This document shows positions 1 to 9,683 of a stretch of DNA of 64,000 bases, piece after piece. Within the stretch, counting starts at the first letter, position 1. Each line of letters opens with the position of its first letter. A model generated the notes under the pieces. The model was not told where the DNA came from. It did no database searches and saw nothing but the letters and a program-made list of their open reading frames with translations. The stretch comes from an uncultured Lachnospiraceae bacterium. GTDB lineage: Bacteria; Bacillota; Clostridia; Lachnospirales; Lachnospiraceae. The stretch is from NCBI GenBank assembly GCA_903789615.1, contig CAIFEV010000009.1, forward strand, positions 3,296 to 67,295. The letters are read 5' to 3'. The position numbers and the translations under genes are program-made.

Positions 1-2
1 GG

Positions 3-245
3 GAATGGAAAGAGCCGCTTGAAATAACCTCGCTCACCGGGAATATCACGGTAAAAGACGGGAAGCCGTATCTGCACGTGCACGTGACGGCGGCGGACCG
101 GGAGCAGCGCGCGGCAGGCGGACATCTGAAACGCCTGGTGATCGGCGGAACGGCCGAGATCTTTGTGACCCGCCTTGACGGAACGATTGGCCGGCGCGTT
201 GACGATATCGGCAATACCGGACTGAATATTTTTGATTTCTCCTGA
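3..245 (+). CDS. PPC/DUF296-domain protein, C-terminal part (5' end lies outside the window)
   Basis: Frame is open from the window edge to TGA at 243-245. The translation ...GNITVKDGKPYLHVHVTAADREQRAAGGHLKRLVIGGTAEIFVTRLDG... resembles PPC/DUF296 proteins from memory. It is absent from the ORF track because it has no start codon in the window. Confidence 0.55.
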   Translation, partial: EWKEPLEITSLTGNITVKDGKPYLHVHVTAADREQRAAGGHLKRLVIGGTAEIFVTRLDGTIGRRVDDIGNTGLNIFDFS

Positions 246-270
246 CAGGAGGAACGCTCAACATGAAAAA

Positions 271-302
271 CACCGGGGACTGCAGGCAAGAAGTCCCCGG
301 TG
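271..302. terminator. Hairpin between convergent genes (likely bidirectional terminator)
   Basis: CACCGGGGACT (271-281) pairs with AGTCCCCGGTG (292-302). There is an A-run upstream and TTT downstream. It lies between the DUF296 gene (+) and the ABC gene (-). Confidence 0.6.
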
Positions 303-337
303 GCTTTAAATACCCGGCAGGTGTGAGGTTTTGGCGT

Positions 338-2101
338 TCAGATTGCCGTTCCGGCAAACTGTGAGTTGTACAGATTCGTGTAGAAACCGCCGGCAGCCAT
401 GAGCTGTTCGTGGGTGCCCTGCTCGATGATTTTTCCGTCTCGCATGACGAGGATCACGTCGGCGCTGCGGATAGTCGAGAGGCGGTGGGCGACGATGAAG
501 CTCGTGCGGCCTGCCATCAATTTGTCAAAGGCTTCCTGAACCAGGAGCTCGGTGCGGGTGTCAATGCTGGAGGTTGCCTCGTCGAGAATAAGCATCGGCG
601 GGCGGACAAGCATGACGCGGGTGATGCACAGCAGCTGCTTCTGGCCCTGGCTCAGGTCGTCATCATTTATCACGGTGTCAAGCTGCATAGGCAGGCGGCG
701 GATGAAATCCCAGCTGCGGGCTTCTTTTGCCGCGGCGATGATTTCCTCATCGGTGGCGTCCTGGCGCCCGAAGGCCAGATTTTCCCGGACAGATGCCTGT
801 GTGAGCCAGGTATCCTGCAGGACCATGCCAAACTGCCTGCGCAGGCTGCCGCGGGACACCGTGTAAATGTCCGTGCCGTCGATCAAAATGGAGCCGGACT
901 GAATGTCATAGAAACGCATAAGCAGGTTGATGAACGTCGTCTTGCCGCAGCCGGTCGGTCCGACGATGGCAATCCGCATGCCCGGGCGCGCCGTGAGGCT
1001 GAAGTGCTCAATGAGCGGGTGATCCGGCGTGTAGGAAAACGATACGTCCTGTATGGATACGGCGCCGGAAACGGGCTGCGCAAACTGCTTTTCCGGATCC
1101 GGTGACTGCGGCGTGGCTTCGATCAGGTCGAAGACGCGGCCCGCGCAGGCCATCGCACCGGTCAGCTCCGTGAATACGGAGCTGATGTCGTTGAACGGCT
1201 TCATATACTGGTTGGCGTAGGTGAGCAGCACCGTCAGCGTGCCGACGGTAAGCGATCCGCCCGGAATCATAAACGCCCCGGCGAGCGCGACGAGCGCGTA
1301 GATCACGGCATTGACGGCGCGGGTGCACGGATTGGTGAGAGAGCTGAAGAAGATCGCCTGCACCGAGTATTTCTGCAACTCTTTGTTGATCGCATCAAAG
1401 CGCTTCGACGCGCGCTCCCCGTAATTGAACGCGTGAACAATTTTTTCATTGCCCACCATCTCATTTATCAGGGCCGTCTGCTGCCCGCGCACCTCCGTCT
1501 GCTTCTTAAACATGGCAAATGAGTGCTTTGCGATGAAGCGGGCGATCAGGAAGCTGACCGGTGTGAGAACGATGACCATGACAGAAATCGGCACGCTGCG
1601 CTGCAGCATGAAGACGAGTGTCATGACGATCATCACGATCCCGGAGAAAAGCTGCGTGAAGCCCATGAGCAGGCCGTCCGAGAGCTGGTCCACGTCGGCG
1701 ATGACGCGCTGCACGATGTCGCCTTCGCTGCCGGCGTCAAGATAGGACAGCGGCACGTTCTGAATCTGACGGATCGCTTTCGCGCGGATGTCCTGAACCG
1801 TCCTGTAGGTCAGACGGTTGTTGGTCAGATTCATGAGCCAGGTGGAAAGAGCCGTCACGGCAAGCAGAATCAGAATCCGGCCCGACTGATGTGCAATCGT
1901 GCCAAAGTCGACCTCTCCCGGAGCCACAATACAGTCGATCGCGCGCCCGAAGAGAATCGGGATGTACAGCTGCAGGATAACACTTATGGCTGCAAGCAGC
2001 AGACTTAAGAAAAGCAGGATCCGGTAGCGGCCGATATATGTCAGGACCTTCCGGAAGGCTGCCGCGGTTTTCTTTCCCGTTTCGTTTTGCGCATTCATCA
2101 T
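338..2101 (-). CDS. ABC transporter ATP-binding/permease fusion (exporter half-transporter)
   Basis: 587 aa with an N-terminal 6-TM region. Walker A is GPTGCGKTT, signature is LSQGQKQ, Walker B is LILDEATS. Its start overlaps the stop of the upstream partner by 4 nt. Confidence 0.9.
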   Translation of the reverse strand: MMNAQNETGKKTAAAFRKVLTYIGRYRILLFLSLLLAAISVILQLYIPILFGRAIDCIVAPGEVDFGTIAHQSGRILILLAVTALSTWLMNLTNNRLTYRTVQDIRAKAIRQIQNVPLSYLDAGSEGDIVQRVIADVDQLSDGLLMGFTQLFSGIVMIVMTLVFMLQRSVPISVMVIVLTPVSFLIARFIAKHSFAMFKKQTEVRGQQTALINEMVGNEKIVHAFNYGERASKRFDAINKELQKYSVQAIFFSSLTNPCTRAVNAVIYALVALAGAFMIPGGSLTVGTLTVLLTYANQYMKPFNDISSVFTELTGAMACAGRVFDLIEATPQSPDPEKQFAQPVSGAVSIQDVSFSYTPDHPLIEHFSLTARPGMRIAIVGPTGCGKTTFINLLMRFYDIQSGSILIDGTDIYTVSRGSLRRQFGMVLQDTWLTQASVRENLAFGRQDATDEEIIAAAKEARSWDFIRRLPMQLDTVINDDDLSQGQKQLLCITRVMLVRPPMLILDEATSSIDTRTELLVQEAFDKLMAGRTSFIVAHRLSTIRSADVILVMRDGKIIEQGTHEQLMAAGGFYTNLYNSQFAGTAI

Positions 2102-3879
2102 GCCTGCTCCTTTCCGGCCGTCGTATCTTCCGGTTTCTCGTCCGGATACTGGGAATAATAAATTTCTCTGTATACGCGGCAGGACTTCATCAGCTCTTTG
2201 TGCGTGCCTTTTCCCGCCAGACGTCCGTCATCCAGCACCAGAATCCCATCAGCATCCCGGATGCTGGAGGCGCGCTGGGAGACGATGAAGATTGTCATGC
2301 TTCCTTCCAGGGCGCGGACTGCCCGGCGCAGAGCAAGGTCGGTCGCAAAGTCCAGGGCGCTCGCGGAGTCATCCATGATCAGAATCTCCGGCTTTTTCAC
2401 CAGCGCGCGGGCGATGGTGAGGCGCTGTTTCTGCCCTCCGGACAGATTTCGTCCGTTCTGCTCAATCAAAAAAGACAGTCCGCCCGGCTTTCCTTCTATG
2501 ACGTCTTTTGCCTGGGCGGCGTCAAGCGCTTCCCAGAGCGATTCGTCGTCCGCCGACTCATTTCCCCAGCGCAGGTTGTCCCGCACAGTTCCGCGGAAAA
2601 GAACGGCCTTTTGCGGCACGAAGCCGATCCGGCCGGTTAAGGCGCCCTCCGGATAGGAGCGGACGTCGCGCCCGTTTACGCTCACACAACCCCTTGTGGC
2701 GTCATAAAACCGGGCGATCAGGCTGACCAGCGTGGATTTTCCGCAGCCGGTTCCGCCGATGATGCCGATCGTGCTCCCTTTTGCCGCTGTGAAGCTCACA
2801 TCGGAGAGCGCCGCGTCCGAGGCGCCCGCATACGTGAAGGAGACGTTGTCAAAGCGCACGGCCGGCGCTGTGGCGGTTTCCCCGTCCGGTCGTCCGGCCG
2901 GTTCGAAATCCGCTTCTGCGGCCGGATAAGTCATGCCCGGCTGAATGTCAAAGACATCGGCGATGCGGTTGGCGCAGGCCAGCGACTTGTTGATGGTAAT
3001 GATGAGACTGGCCAGCTTGATGAGTTCGATGATGATCTGGGCCATGTAATTGTAGAGCGCAACGACATCGCCCTGGCGCAGTGCACCGAGGGAAACCTGC
3101 AGGGCACCGGTGTGAATCAGCACGATCGTCGCGATGTTGATGATGACGTAGGTCAGCGGATTCATGAGCGCGGAGAGACGGCCCACGCGTTCGTTGATAT
3201 GCGTGAGCGCCTCATTCCTGCGGTCAAATTCATCCACTTCCTGCTGCTCTTTGCAGAACGCGCGGATGACGCGCGCACCGGAAAGATTCTCGCGCGTGAG
3301 CCCGGTCAGGCGGTCGAGCGCTTTCTGGGATTTCGTGAAGAGAGGAATGCTCGCCAGCATGATCGCGAAAACAACGACGGTGAGCACCGGGATCGCAACG
3401 GCAAAGACGAGCGCCGACTTCACATCGATGGTAAATGCGAGAATCATCGAACCGAAGACGATGAAGGGACTGCGCAGCAGCAGACGGAGAGCCAGGTTGA
3501 GGCCGTTCTGCACCTGATTCGCGTCGCTGGTCATGCGCGTGATGAGTGTGTCGGGGCGCAGCGTGTCGATCTCAGTGAAGGACAGCTTCTGGATATGGTC
3601 AAAAAGCGCCTGCCGCATCTGGGCGGCGAAGCCGACGCTGGCATTGGCCGCGTACCACTGCGCGACAAAGGAGAACAGCATCCCCAGAACGGCCAGAACG
3701 AGCAGGACGATAAACATTCGGATGATGTAATTTCTGTCGGCATTCCCGATTCCGTTGTTGATGATGGCGCCGACAGCCAGCGGAACGAGGAGATTCATGA
3801 GAGCTTCCAGAAGCTTGAAGATCGGCGCCAAAACGGCCTGCCTCCGGTAGTTTTTAAAAAATTTTCGCAGACGGGACAT
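2098..3879 (-). CDS. ABC transporter ATP-binding/permease fusion (partner half-transporter)
   Basis: Walker A is GGTGCGKST, signature is LSGGQKQ, Walker B is LIMDDSAS. The start is moved to ATG at 3879 (MSRLRKFF...), which follows GGAAGGAG. The track start at 3918 has no RBS. Confidence 0.88.
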   Translation of the reverse strand: MSRLRKFFKNYRRQAVLAPIFKLLEALMNLLVPLAVGAIINNGIGNADRNYIIRMFIVLLVLAVLGMLFSFVAQWYAANASVGFAAQMRQALFDHIQKLSFTEIDTLRPDTLITRMTSDANQVQNGLNLALRLLLRSPFIVFGSMILAFTIDVKSALVFAVAIPVLTVVVFAIMLASIPLFTKSQKALDRLTGLTRENLSGARVIRAFCKEQQEVDEFDRRNEALTHINERVGRLSALMNPLTYVIINIATIVLIHTGALQVSLGALRQGDVVALYNYMAQIIIELIKLASLIITINKSLACANRIADVFDIQPGMTYPAAEADFEPAGRPDGETATAPAVRFDNVSFTYAGASDAALSDVSFTAAKGSTIGIIGGTGCGKSTLVSLIARFYDATRGCVSVNGRDVRSYPEGALTGRIGFVPQKAVLFRGTVRDNLRWGNESADDESLWEALDAAQAKDVIEGKPGGLSFLIEQNGRNLSGGQKQRLTIARALVKKPEILIMDDSASALDFATDLALRRAVRALEGSMTIFIVSQRASSIRDADGILVLDDGRLAGKGTHKELMKSCRVYREIYYSQYPDEKPEDTTAGKEQA

Positions 3880-4003
3880 ACGGTTCTCCTTCCGGCCGCA
3901 TTCAGCAGCCTGTTTCATGATACTACGCTTCCTGACATATCAAGCATATATATATTTAATGAAACTATATGATATGATAATGGGTAATGAGAGGAGGGAG
4001 ACC

Positions 4004-4894
4004 ATGAATCTGGTTCAGCTTCAGTATTTTGCGGCGGTCGTGGAGGAGGGCAGTATTTCCGCCGCGGCAAGGAGACTTCATCTCTCGCAGCCGCCGCTTT
4101 CCATTCAGATCCGCAACCTGGAGACAGAGTACGGCGTAAGGCTTCTGGACAGAGGCGCCCGCCGCGCACGGGTCACGCCGGCAGGTGAACTGCTGTATGA
4201 GTATGCGGTCCGCATACTCGAGATGACGCACGCGGCTGAGGACGATCTGGAAAGTCTGAAGGCGGGTCAGCAGGCAAGTCTGCGCCTCGGGATCATCTCG
4301 TCGGGCGAGTGCCCGGAGCTTCTGCAGGGACTGGCGGAGTTCAGGCGTCAGTACCCGGACATCGCGTTCCGGATCTTTGACCGGAACACCTATGAGCTGC
4401 AGCAGGATATTGAAAAGCAGCGCATCGATCTGGCGGTGATCCGCACGCCGTTTCAGACCGGGAGCCTGGAGAGTGTGGTGCTGCGCGAGGAGAGCTTCTT
4501 CGCCGCGGGCACAAAAGAGATGCTTGCGAAAGCTGTGTGCGATCCGGACGGACACTGCAGTCTGGCGGGGCTTTCCCGCACGCCTGTCATTCTCTACCGG
4601 AGATGGCAGGACGCGATCCGGGCAGAAGCGGGGAAAGAGGGCGTACGGCCGGATATCGTCTGTATGAGCGATGACGCGAGGACCTGCATCCAGTGGGCCG
4701 GAGCCGGTATCGGAGTGGCCCTGGTTCCTGAATCGGTCCTGCTTCTGGCGCCGGAACTTGCCAGACTGGAACTTTCCGAGGCAGCTCTTCACACGAAGGT
4801 CTGTCTCATCCGGCGGACGGACCGTTCCATTTCCGGATCCGCCGAAAAACTGTTTCACTTTTTTGTCAAACGGGCAGAGGCATATGCGCTCTGA
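4004..4894 (+). CDS. LysR-family transcriptional regulator
   Basis: MNLVQLQYFAAVVEEGSISAAARRLHLSQPPLS is a typical LysR HTH. ATG at 4004 follows GAGAGGAGGGAG. The gene is divergent from the ABC pair. Confidence 0.88.
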   Translation: MNLVQLQYFAAVVEEGSISAAARRLHLSQPPLSIQIRNLETEYGVRLLDRGARRARVTPAGELLYEYAVRILEMTHAAEDDLESLKAGQQASLRLGIISSGECPELLQGLAEFRRQYPDIAFRIFDRNTYELQQDIEKQRIDLAVIRTPFQTGSLESVVLREESFFAAGTKEMLAKAVCDPDGHCSLAGLSRTPVILYRRWQDAIRAEAGKEGVRPDIVCMSDDARTCIQWAGAGIGVALVPESVLLLAPELARLELSEAALHTKVCLIRRTDRSISGSAEKLFHFFVKRAEAYAL

Positions 4895-4977
4895 GATGCT
4901 ATACTATAGGCAGTATGCAAACGTCCGGGCAGAGAGCAGAAATGCCGCTGTTCCCGGAGACAGGAGAAAACAGAAAA

Positions 4978-6162
4978 ATGGATGAACTGAGACTTGCCGT
5001 GATCGGAATCGGCAATATGGGGTCTGCACATGCCAGCCACATCGCACAGGGCGCGGTGGAAAAGGCCAGGCTGAGTGCTGTGTGCGACATCAGCCCGGAC
5101 AGAAGAGCGTGGGCAGCGCAGGAACTGGGAGACGGCGTGAAGATCTATGAGGATTACCATCAGCTTCTGGATGAGCACGCCGCGGACGCCGTCATCATCG
5201 CAGTGCCCCATCCGCTGCACCCGGTCATCGGGATTGAGGCGCTTTCCAAAGGGTATCATGTCCTCACGGAAAAGCCGGAGGGTATCGACAAGGCTTCGGT
5301 GATGAAGCTCAACGAGTGCGCGGAAAAGTCGGGCCGTACTTTTGCCATTATGTTTAATCAGCGCACGAATCCGCTGTTTCAGAAGATGCGGGAGCTGGTG
5401 AAGAGCGGACAGCTCGGACATCTGCGGCACTTCATCTGGATCGTGAACAACTGGTACCGCACGCAGGCGTATTATGATTCCGGGAGCTGGCGCGCGACCT
5501 GGAACGGCGAGGGAGGCGGCGTGCTGATGAATCAGTGCCCGCACAACCTTGACATCTGGCAGTGGATCATGGGCGTCCCGGACCGGCTCGTGGCGGAGTG
5601 CGGCGTGTCGCGGTATCACCACATCAACGTGGAGGATGAGGCGACGATCACGGGTGTGTACAAAAACGGCGCGACGGCGGTATTTGTCACGTCCACGGGC
5701 GAGCAGCCGGGCACGAACCGGATGGAAATCTCCGGATCAAAGGGCAAGGCGGTCATCGAAAACGGAAAACTGATGTTCTGGGAAAATGCGACTGACACCG
5801 ACACGGTTACATACACAGCCGACCGGTCGAGTCCGAAGGCGGACACGACGTACCGGGAGTGGGTTCAGGAAGGCCGGGAGCCGGCGCACATCGGGATTCT
5901 GAATAATTTCACGCGGGCGGTTCTTTTCGGCGAACCGCTGCTCTCGCCGGGTATTGAGGGAATTCATGAGCTGGAGATCACCAATGCGGCGTATCTTTCC
6001 TCCTGGACAAACCGCTGGGTTGACCTGCCGCTTGATGAGAACGAGTACCTGGCACAGCTTGCGAAAAAGCAGGAGGAGGAGCGCGCGGCCGGTACAAGCC
6101 GCAGCGTAAGGAAGGAGGCGGCCGACGGGTCTTACTCCGAGAGATGGATGGTCCGCTGGTGA
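4978..6162 (+). CDS. Gfo/Idh/MocA-family oxidoreductase
   Basis: MDELRLAVIGIGNMGSAHA is a Rossmann N-terminus, and EKP is present. ATG at 4978 follows CAGGAGAAAA. Confidence 0.85.
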   Translation: MDELRLAVIGIGNMGSAHASHIAQGAVEKARLSAVCDISPDRRAWAAQELGDGVKIYEDYHQLLDEHAADAVIIAVPHPLHPVIGIEALSKGYHVLTEKPEGIDKASVMKLNECAEKSGRTFAIMFNQRTNPLFQKMRELVKSGQLGHLRHFIWIVNNWYRTQAYYDSGSWRATWNGEGGGVLMNQCPHNLDIWQWIMGVPDRLVAECGVSRYHHINVEDEATITGVYKNGATAVFVTSTGEQPGTNRMEISGSKGKAVIENGKLMFWENATDTDTVTYTADRSSPKADTTYREWVQEGREPAHIGILNNFTRAVLFGEPLLSPGIEGIHELEITNAAYLSSWTNRWVDLPLDENEYLAQLAKKQEEERAAGTSRSVRKEAADGSYSERWMVRW

Positions 6163-6224
6163 GGAGGCCTTTTGATTTTCCTTCGAACAGGAAACCAGAG
6201 TAAAGGGAGAGAGGATTTCGGGAC

Positions 6225-7133
6225 ATGACTACACCGGGAAACAAGATACGCAGACTCAGGGAGAGGATCAGGCTGGACAAGAAGACATTTGTCCTGTATT
6301 CGGTGCTTCGGGCGCTGGTCATTATTTCCGCCATCCGGTGCTTTCTGATGCAGAATTACGAGGGACTGGCGCTGTGCATTCTGTCGCTGCTTCTGTTCCT
6401 GCTCCCGGCGTTTTTTGAGACGAAGATGAAGGTGGACATTCCGCCGCTGTTTGAGGGGGCCATCTATCTGTTCATCTACGCGGCGGAGATCCTGGGGGAA
6501 GTCAATCACTACTACACCCTGATCCCCGGCTGGGACACGATGCTTCACACGATAAACGGCTTTCTCTGCGCGGCGATCGGATTCTCCATGGTGGAACTCC
6601 TGAACCGCAACAGCAAGCGGGTCAGCCTGTCGCCGCTGTATCTGTCCGTCGTGGCGTTCTGTTTCTCCATGACCATCGGCGTGTGCTGGGAGTTCATCGA
6701 ATTCACCGCCGACCAGTTCTTCTTCCTCGACATGCAGAAGGACACCATCGTGCAGACTATCGGCTCGGTGACGCTGGACCCGACGCACTCGCAGGTGCCG
6801 GTGCGCGTGTCAAACATCGTGAAGACGGTGATCTACACGGACGACGGAAGCACCGTCACCGTCGATGGCGGATATCTGGACATCGGCATTATTGACACGA
6901 TGAAGGATTTATTTGTAAACTTTATCGGGGCGATTGTCTTCAGCGTCATCGGCTACTTCTACGAGAGTAAGAGGGGAAAGCGGACGGCGAAGATCGCCGA
7001 GGGACTGATGCTGCGCAAGTACACCGACGCGGAGCTGGAGCAGCAGGAACAGGAAATCACACAGCGCATACAGGAGATCCGCGATGAGAAGGCTTTGCGG
7101 CATCACGCGGAAAATGGAGGAAAGATACTATGA
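6225..7133 (+). CDS. Integral membrane protein, function unknown
   Basis: 302 aa with several hydrophobic helices and a charged C-terminal tail. Its stop overlaps the ldh start (ATGA), so the two are co-transcribed. Confidence 0.7.
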   Translation: MTTPGNKIRRLRERIRLDKKTFVLYSVLRALVIISAIRCFLMQNYEGLALCILSLLLFLLPAFFETKMKVDIPPLFEGAIYLFIYAAEILGEVNHYYTLIPGWDTMLHTINGFLCAAIGFSMVELLNRNSKRVSLSPLYLSVVAFCFSMTIGVCWEFIEFTADQFFFLDMQKDTIVQTIGSVTLDPTHSQVPVRVSNIVKTVIYTDDGSTVTVDGGYLDIGIIDTMKDLFVNFIGAIVFSVIGYFYESKRGKRTAKIAEGLMLRKYTDAELEQQEQEITQRIQEIRDEKALRHHAENGGKIL

Positions 7134-8125
7134 GGGAAATCAATTCCAGAAAGGTGGCCATGATCGGCTGCGGGTTTGTGGGAAGCGCGTCGGCGTTTGC
7201 ACTCATGAACAGCGGCCTGTTCTCTGAGATGGTTCTGATCGACGCGGACAAAGACAAGGCGGAGGGCGAGGCGCTTGATATCGCGCACGGTCTTCCCTTT
7301 GCCAAGCCGATGCAGATCTACGCCGGCGGATATGACGACATCGCGGACGCGGCGGTCATCATCGTGACGGCGGGCGCCGGGCAGAAGCCGGGCGAGAGCC
7401 GTCTTGACCTGGTGAAGAAAAATGTCGGCATCTTCCGCTCGATCATGCCGGAGATCCGCAGGCGCGACTGCGGCGGAATTCTTCTCATCGTGGCCAACCC
7501 GGTCGACATTCTCACGTACACGGCGGCAAAGATGACGGGATTTCCGGAGAACCGGGTGTTCGGATCCGGAACGGTTCTGGACACGGCGCGGCTCAAGTAT
7601 CTTCTGGGGGAGCACCTTGAGGTCGATGCCCGGAGTATTCATGCATTTATCATCGGGGAGCACGGGGACAGCGAGATGGCCGTGTGGTCGAGCGCCAACG
7701 TCTCCGGCGTTCCGATCAGCCACGTCTGCGAGATGCGGGGATACAGCGATCACATGGAATCCATGCGGCGGATCGAGGAGGACGTGAAGAACAGCGCCTA
7801 CACGATCATCCAGAAGAAGAAGGCGACATACTACGGCATCGCGATGAGCGTGGTGCGGATCTGCGAGGCGATCGTGCGGGACGAGAAGAGCGTGCTGCCG
7901 GTCTCCACGATCCAGCACGGTGCATTCGGCATCCGCGACGTGTCGCTGTCCATGCCTGCCATCGTGGGTTCGCAGGGCGTCGAGGGGCTGATGCCGATCA
8001 GTCTTTCCATGGATGAGCAGAGACGGCTCCAGGAGTCGGCGGATGTGCTGAGGGATGTGCTTGGCGGACTGGATTTCGGGGATGCGGAAACGCAGGAAGA
8101 GAAGAGCGATACGAGCGGGACTTGA
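7130..8125 (+). CDS. ldh: L-lactate dehydrogenase
   Basis: KVAMIGCGFVGSASAF is the NAD-binding motif. VIIVTAGAGQKPGESRLDL and IVANPVDILTY are typical LDH blocks. Confidence 0.9.
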   Translation: MREINSRKVAMIGCGFVGSASAFALMNSGLFSEMVLIDADKDKAEGEALDIAHGLPFAKPMQIYAGGYDDIADAAVIIVTAGAGQKPGESRLDLVKKNVGIFRSIMPEIRRRDCGGILLIVANPVDILTYTAAKMTGFPENRVFGSGTVLDTARLKYLLGEHLEVDARSIHAFIIGEHGDSEMAVWSSANVSGVPISHVCEMRGYSDHMESMRRIEEDVKNSAYTIIQKKKATYYGIAMSVVRICEAIVRDEKSVLPVSTIQHGAFGIRDVSLSMPAIVGSQGVEGLMPISLSMDEQRRLQESADVLRDVLGGLDFGDAETQEEKSDTSGT

Positions 8126-8166
8126 CAAAGTACCACGGTGCAGTGGTATAGTTATCTGGCAAAGGT

Positions 8167-8204
8167 GCGCGGACAGCAGAGCAGCTGCCTGCGCGCTTTT
8201 TTTC
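8167..8204 (+). terminator. Putative intrinsic terminator after ldh
   Basis: Imperfect GC-rich hairpin GCGCGGACAGCAG...GCTGCCTGCGCGC followed by TTTTTTT. Confidence 0.4.
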
Positions 8205-8231
8205 TTAAAAATTCTGTTGGAGGAGGCGAAA

Positions 8232-9665
8232 ATGAAAGAAAGGAAAGGCGAGGCAGTTTCCGAAGTCGATGCGATCGGAGATCTGCTGTGCTCCATGAGC
8301 GACGCGCTGTGGGACCATCCGCAGGTGAAGTTCCGGGAGACATATGCGGCCGGACTGTTTGAGACGAAGCTGCAGGAGGAAGGCTTTGCCGTGAAGAAGG
8401 GACTCGGCGGCATTCCGACGGCTCTGTCCGGAACGTACGGGAGCGGGAAACCGGTCATCGGACTTTTGGGGGAGTTCGATGCGCTGCCGGGAATGAGCCA
8501 GGAGGCCGGCATCCTTACGAAGAAGCCGGTGCAGGAAGGCGCACCGGGACACGGATGCGGACACAATCTTCTGGGAGTCGGCGCGTTCGGTGCCGCCATT
8601 GCGGTGAAACGCTTCCTGGAGAAGAACCATCTTCCCGGCACCGTGATTTTTTTCGGCTGTCCGGCGGAGGAAGGCGGGTCCGGGAAGGGCTTCATGGCCA
8701 GGGACCATGTGTTTGATGATGTGGACGCGGCCTTTACCTGGCACCCCGGGGAGGTCAACAGTGTGTCCGTGAGCTCTACCATGGCCAATTATCAGGTACG
8801 GTACCGCTTCTACGGAAAAGCATCTCACGCTGCCATGGCGCCGGAGCGCGGACGCAGCGCCCTGGACGCGCTGGAGCTGATGAATGTCGGCGTGCAGTTC
8901 TTAAGAGAACATGTGCCTGCTGATACGCGCATTCACTATGCCATCACCGATACGGGTGGCTTTGCGCCGGGCATTGTGCAGGACTTTTCCGAGGCCGTGT
9001 ATCTGATGCGGGCAGGAAGTCTTGACGGCGTGCGGGAACTGTACCGCCGGGTGAATCTGGTGGCGCAGGGAGCTGCCACGATGACCGAGACGAAAGTGGA
9101 GGAGCAGTTCATCAAAGCCTGTTCAAACATTCTGCCAAGCAGCCGGCTGAACCGCGTCATGCAGAAAAATCTGGAAGCGGTTCCGGCACCGGCGTACAGC
9201 AGCGAAGAACTTGCGTACGCGCGGGCCGTTCAGAAGACGGCAGGTTCCGGCAAGACATACTTTGACCAGCTGTATAGTGCGTGTGACAGCGAAAAAGACC
9301 GGGAGCGTTTTGAGGTTCAGCGTGACCTGCCGCTTCATGCCGGAGCGCTGCCGCTGGCAAAGGAGAGCTTCGGCTTCGTGTCCTCTGATGTCGGAGACGT
9401 GAGCTGGAACTGTCCGACAGCGCAGATCAACGGCACAACCATGCCGGCAGGACTTGCGATGCACTCCTGGCAGGTGGTCTCTGTGGGGAAGAGTTCCATC
9501 GCGCACAAGGGAATGCTGTACGCCGCAAAGGTCATGGCCGGTTCGGCGATCGACGTGCTCACGGATCCGTCCGTTGCCGCGGAGGCAAAAGAAGAGATGG
9601 ATCGCCGTACGGGCGGGAAAAAGTATGTATGCCCGATCCCGGAAGACGTAAAACCGCAGATATAA
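8232..9665 (+). CDS. M20-family amidohydrolase (AbgB / aminobenzoyl-glutamate hydrolase subunit B-like)
   Basis: ATG at 8232 follows GGAGGAGG. GLLGEFDALPG...GHGCGHNLLG and FFGCPAEEGGSGK are typical of the M20D/AbgB-like group, recalled from memory. Confidence 0.8.
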   Translation: MKERKGEAVSEVDAIGDLLCSMSDALWDHPQVKFRETYAAGLFETKLQEEGFAVKKGLGGIPTALSGTYGSGKPVIGLLGEFDALPGMSQEAGILTKKPVQEGAPGHGCGHNLLGVGAFGAAIAVKRFLEKNHLPGTVIFFGCPAEEGGSGKGFMARDHVFDDVDAAFTWHPGEVNSVSVSSTMANYQVRYRFYGKASHAAMAPERGRSALDALELMNVGVQFLREHVPADTRIHYAITDTGGFAPGIVQDFSEAVYLMRAGSLDGVRELYRRVNLVAQGAATMTETKVEEQFIKACSNILPSSRLNRVMQKNLEAVPAPAYSSEELAYARAVQKTAGSGKTYFDQLYSACDSEKDRERFEVQRDLPLHAGALPLAKESFGFVSSDVGDVSWNCPTAQINGTTMPAGLAMHSWQVVSVGKSSIAHKGMLYAAKVMAGSAIDVLTDPSVAAEAKEEMDRRTGGKKYVCPIPEDVKPQI

Positions 9666-9683
9666 AGATAAGGAGAGGAACGT

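Noticed and set aside
7103-8788. 561-aa ORF on the minus strand spanning ldh and the M20 gene.
   Set aside because: It is antisense to two genes with strong family motifs. Its composition is Arg/His/Pro/Ala-rich and low in complexity, typical of shadow ORFs in GC-rich DNA. It has no RBS and no recognisable domain.
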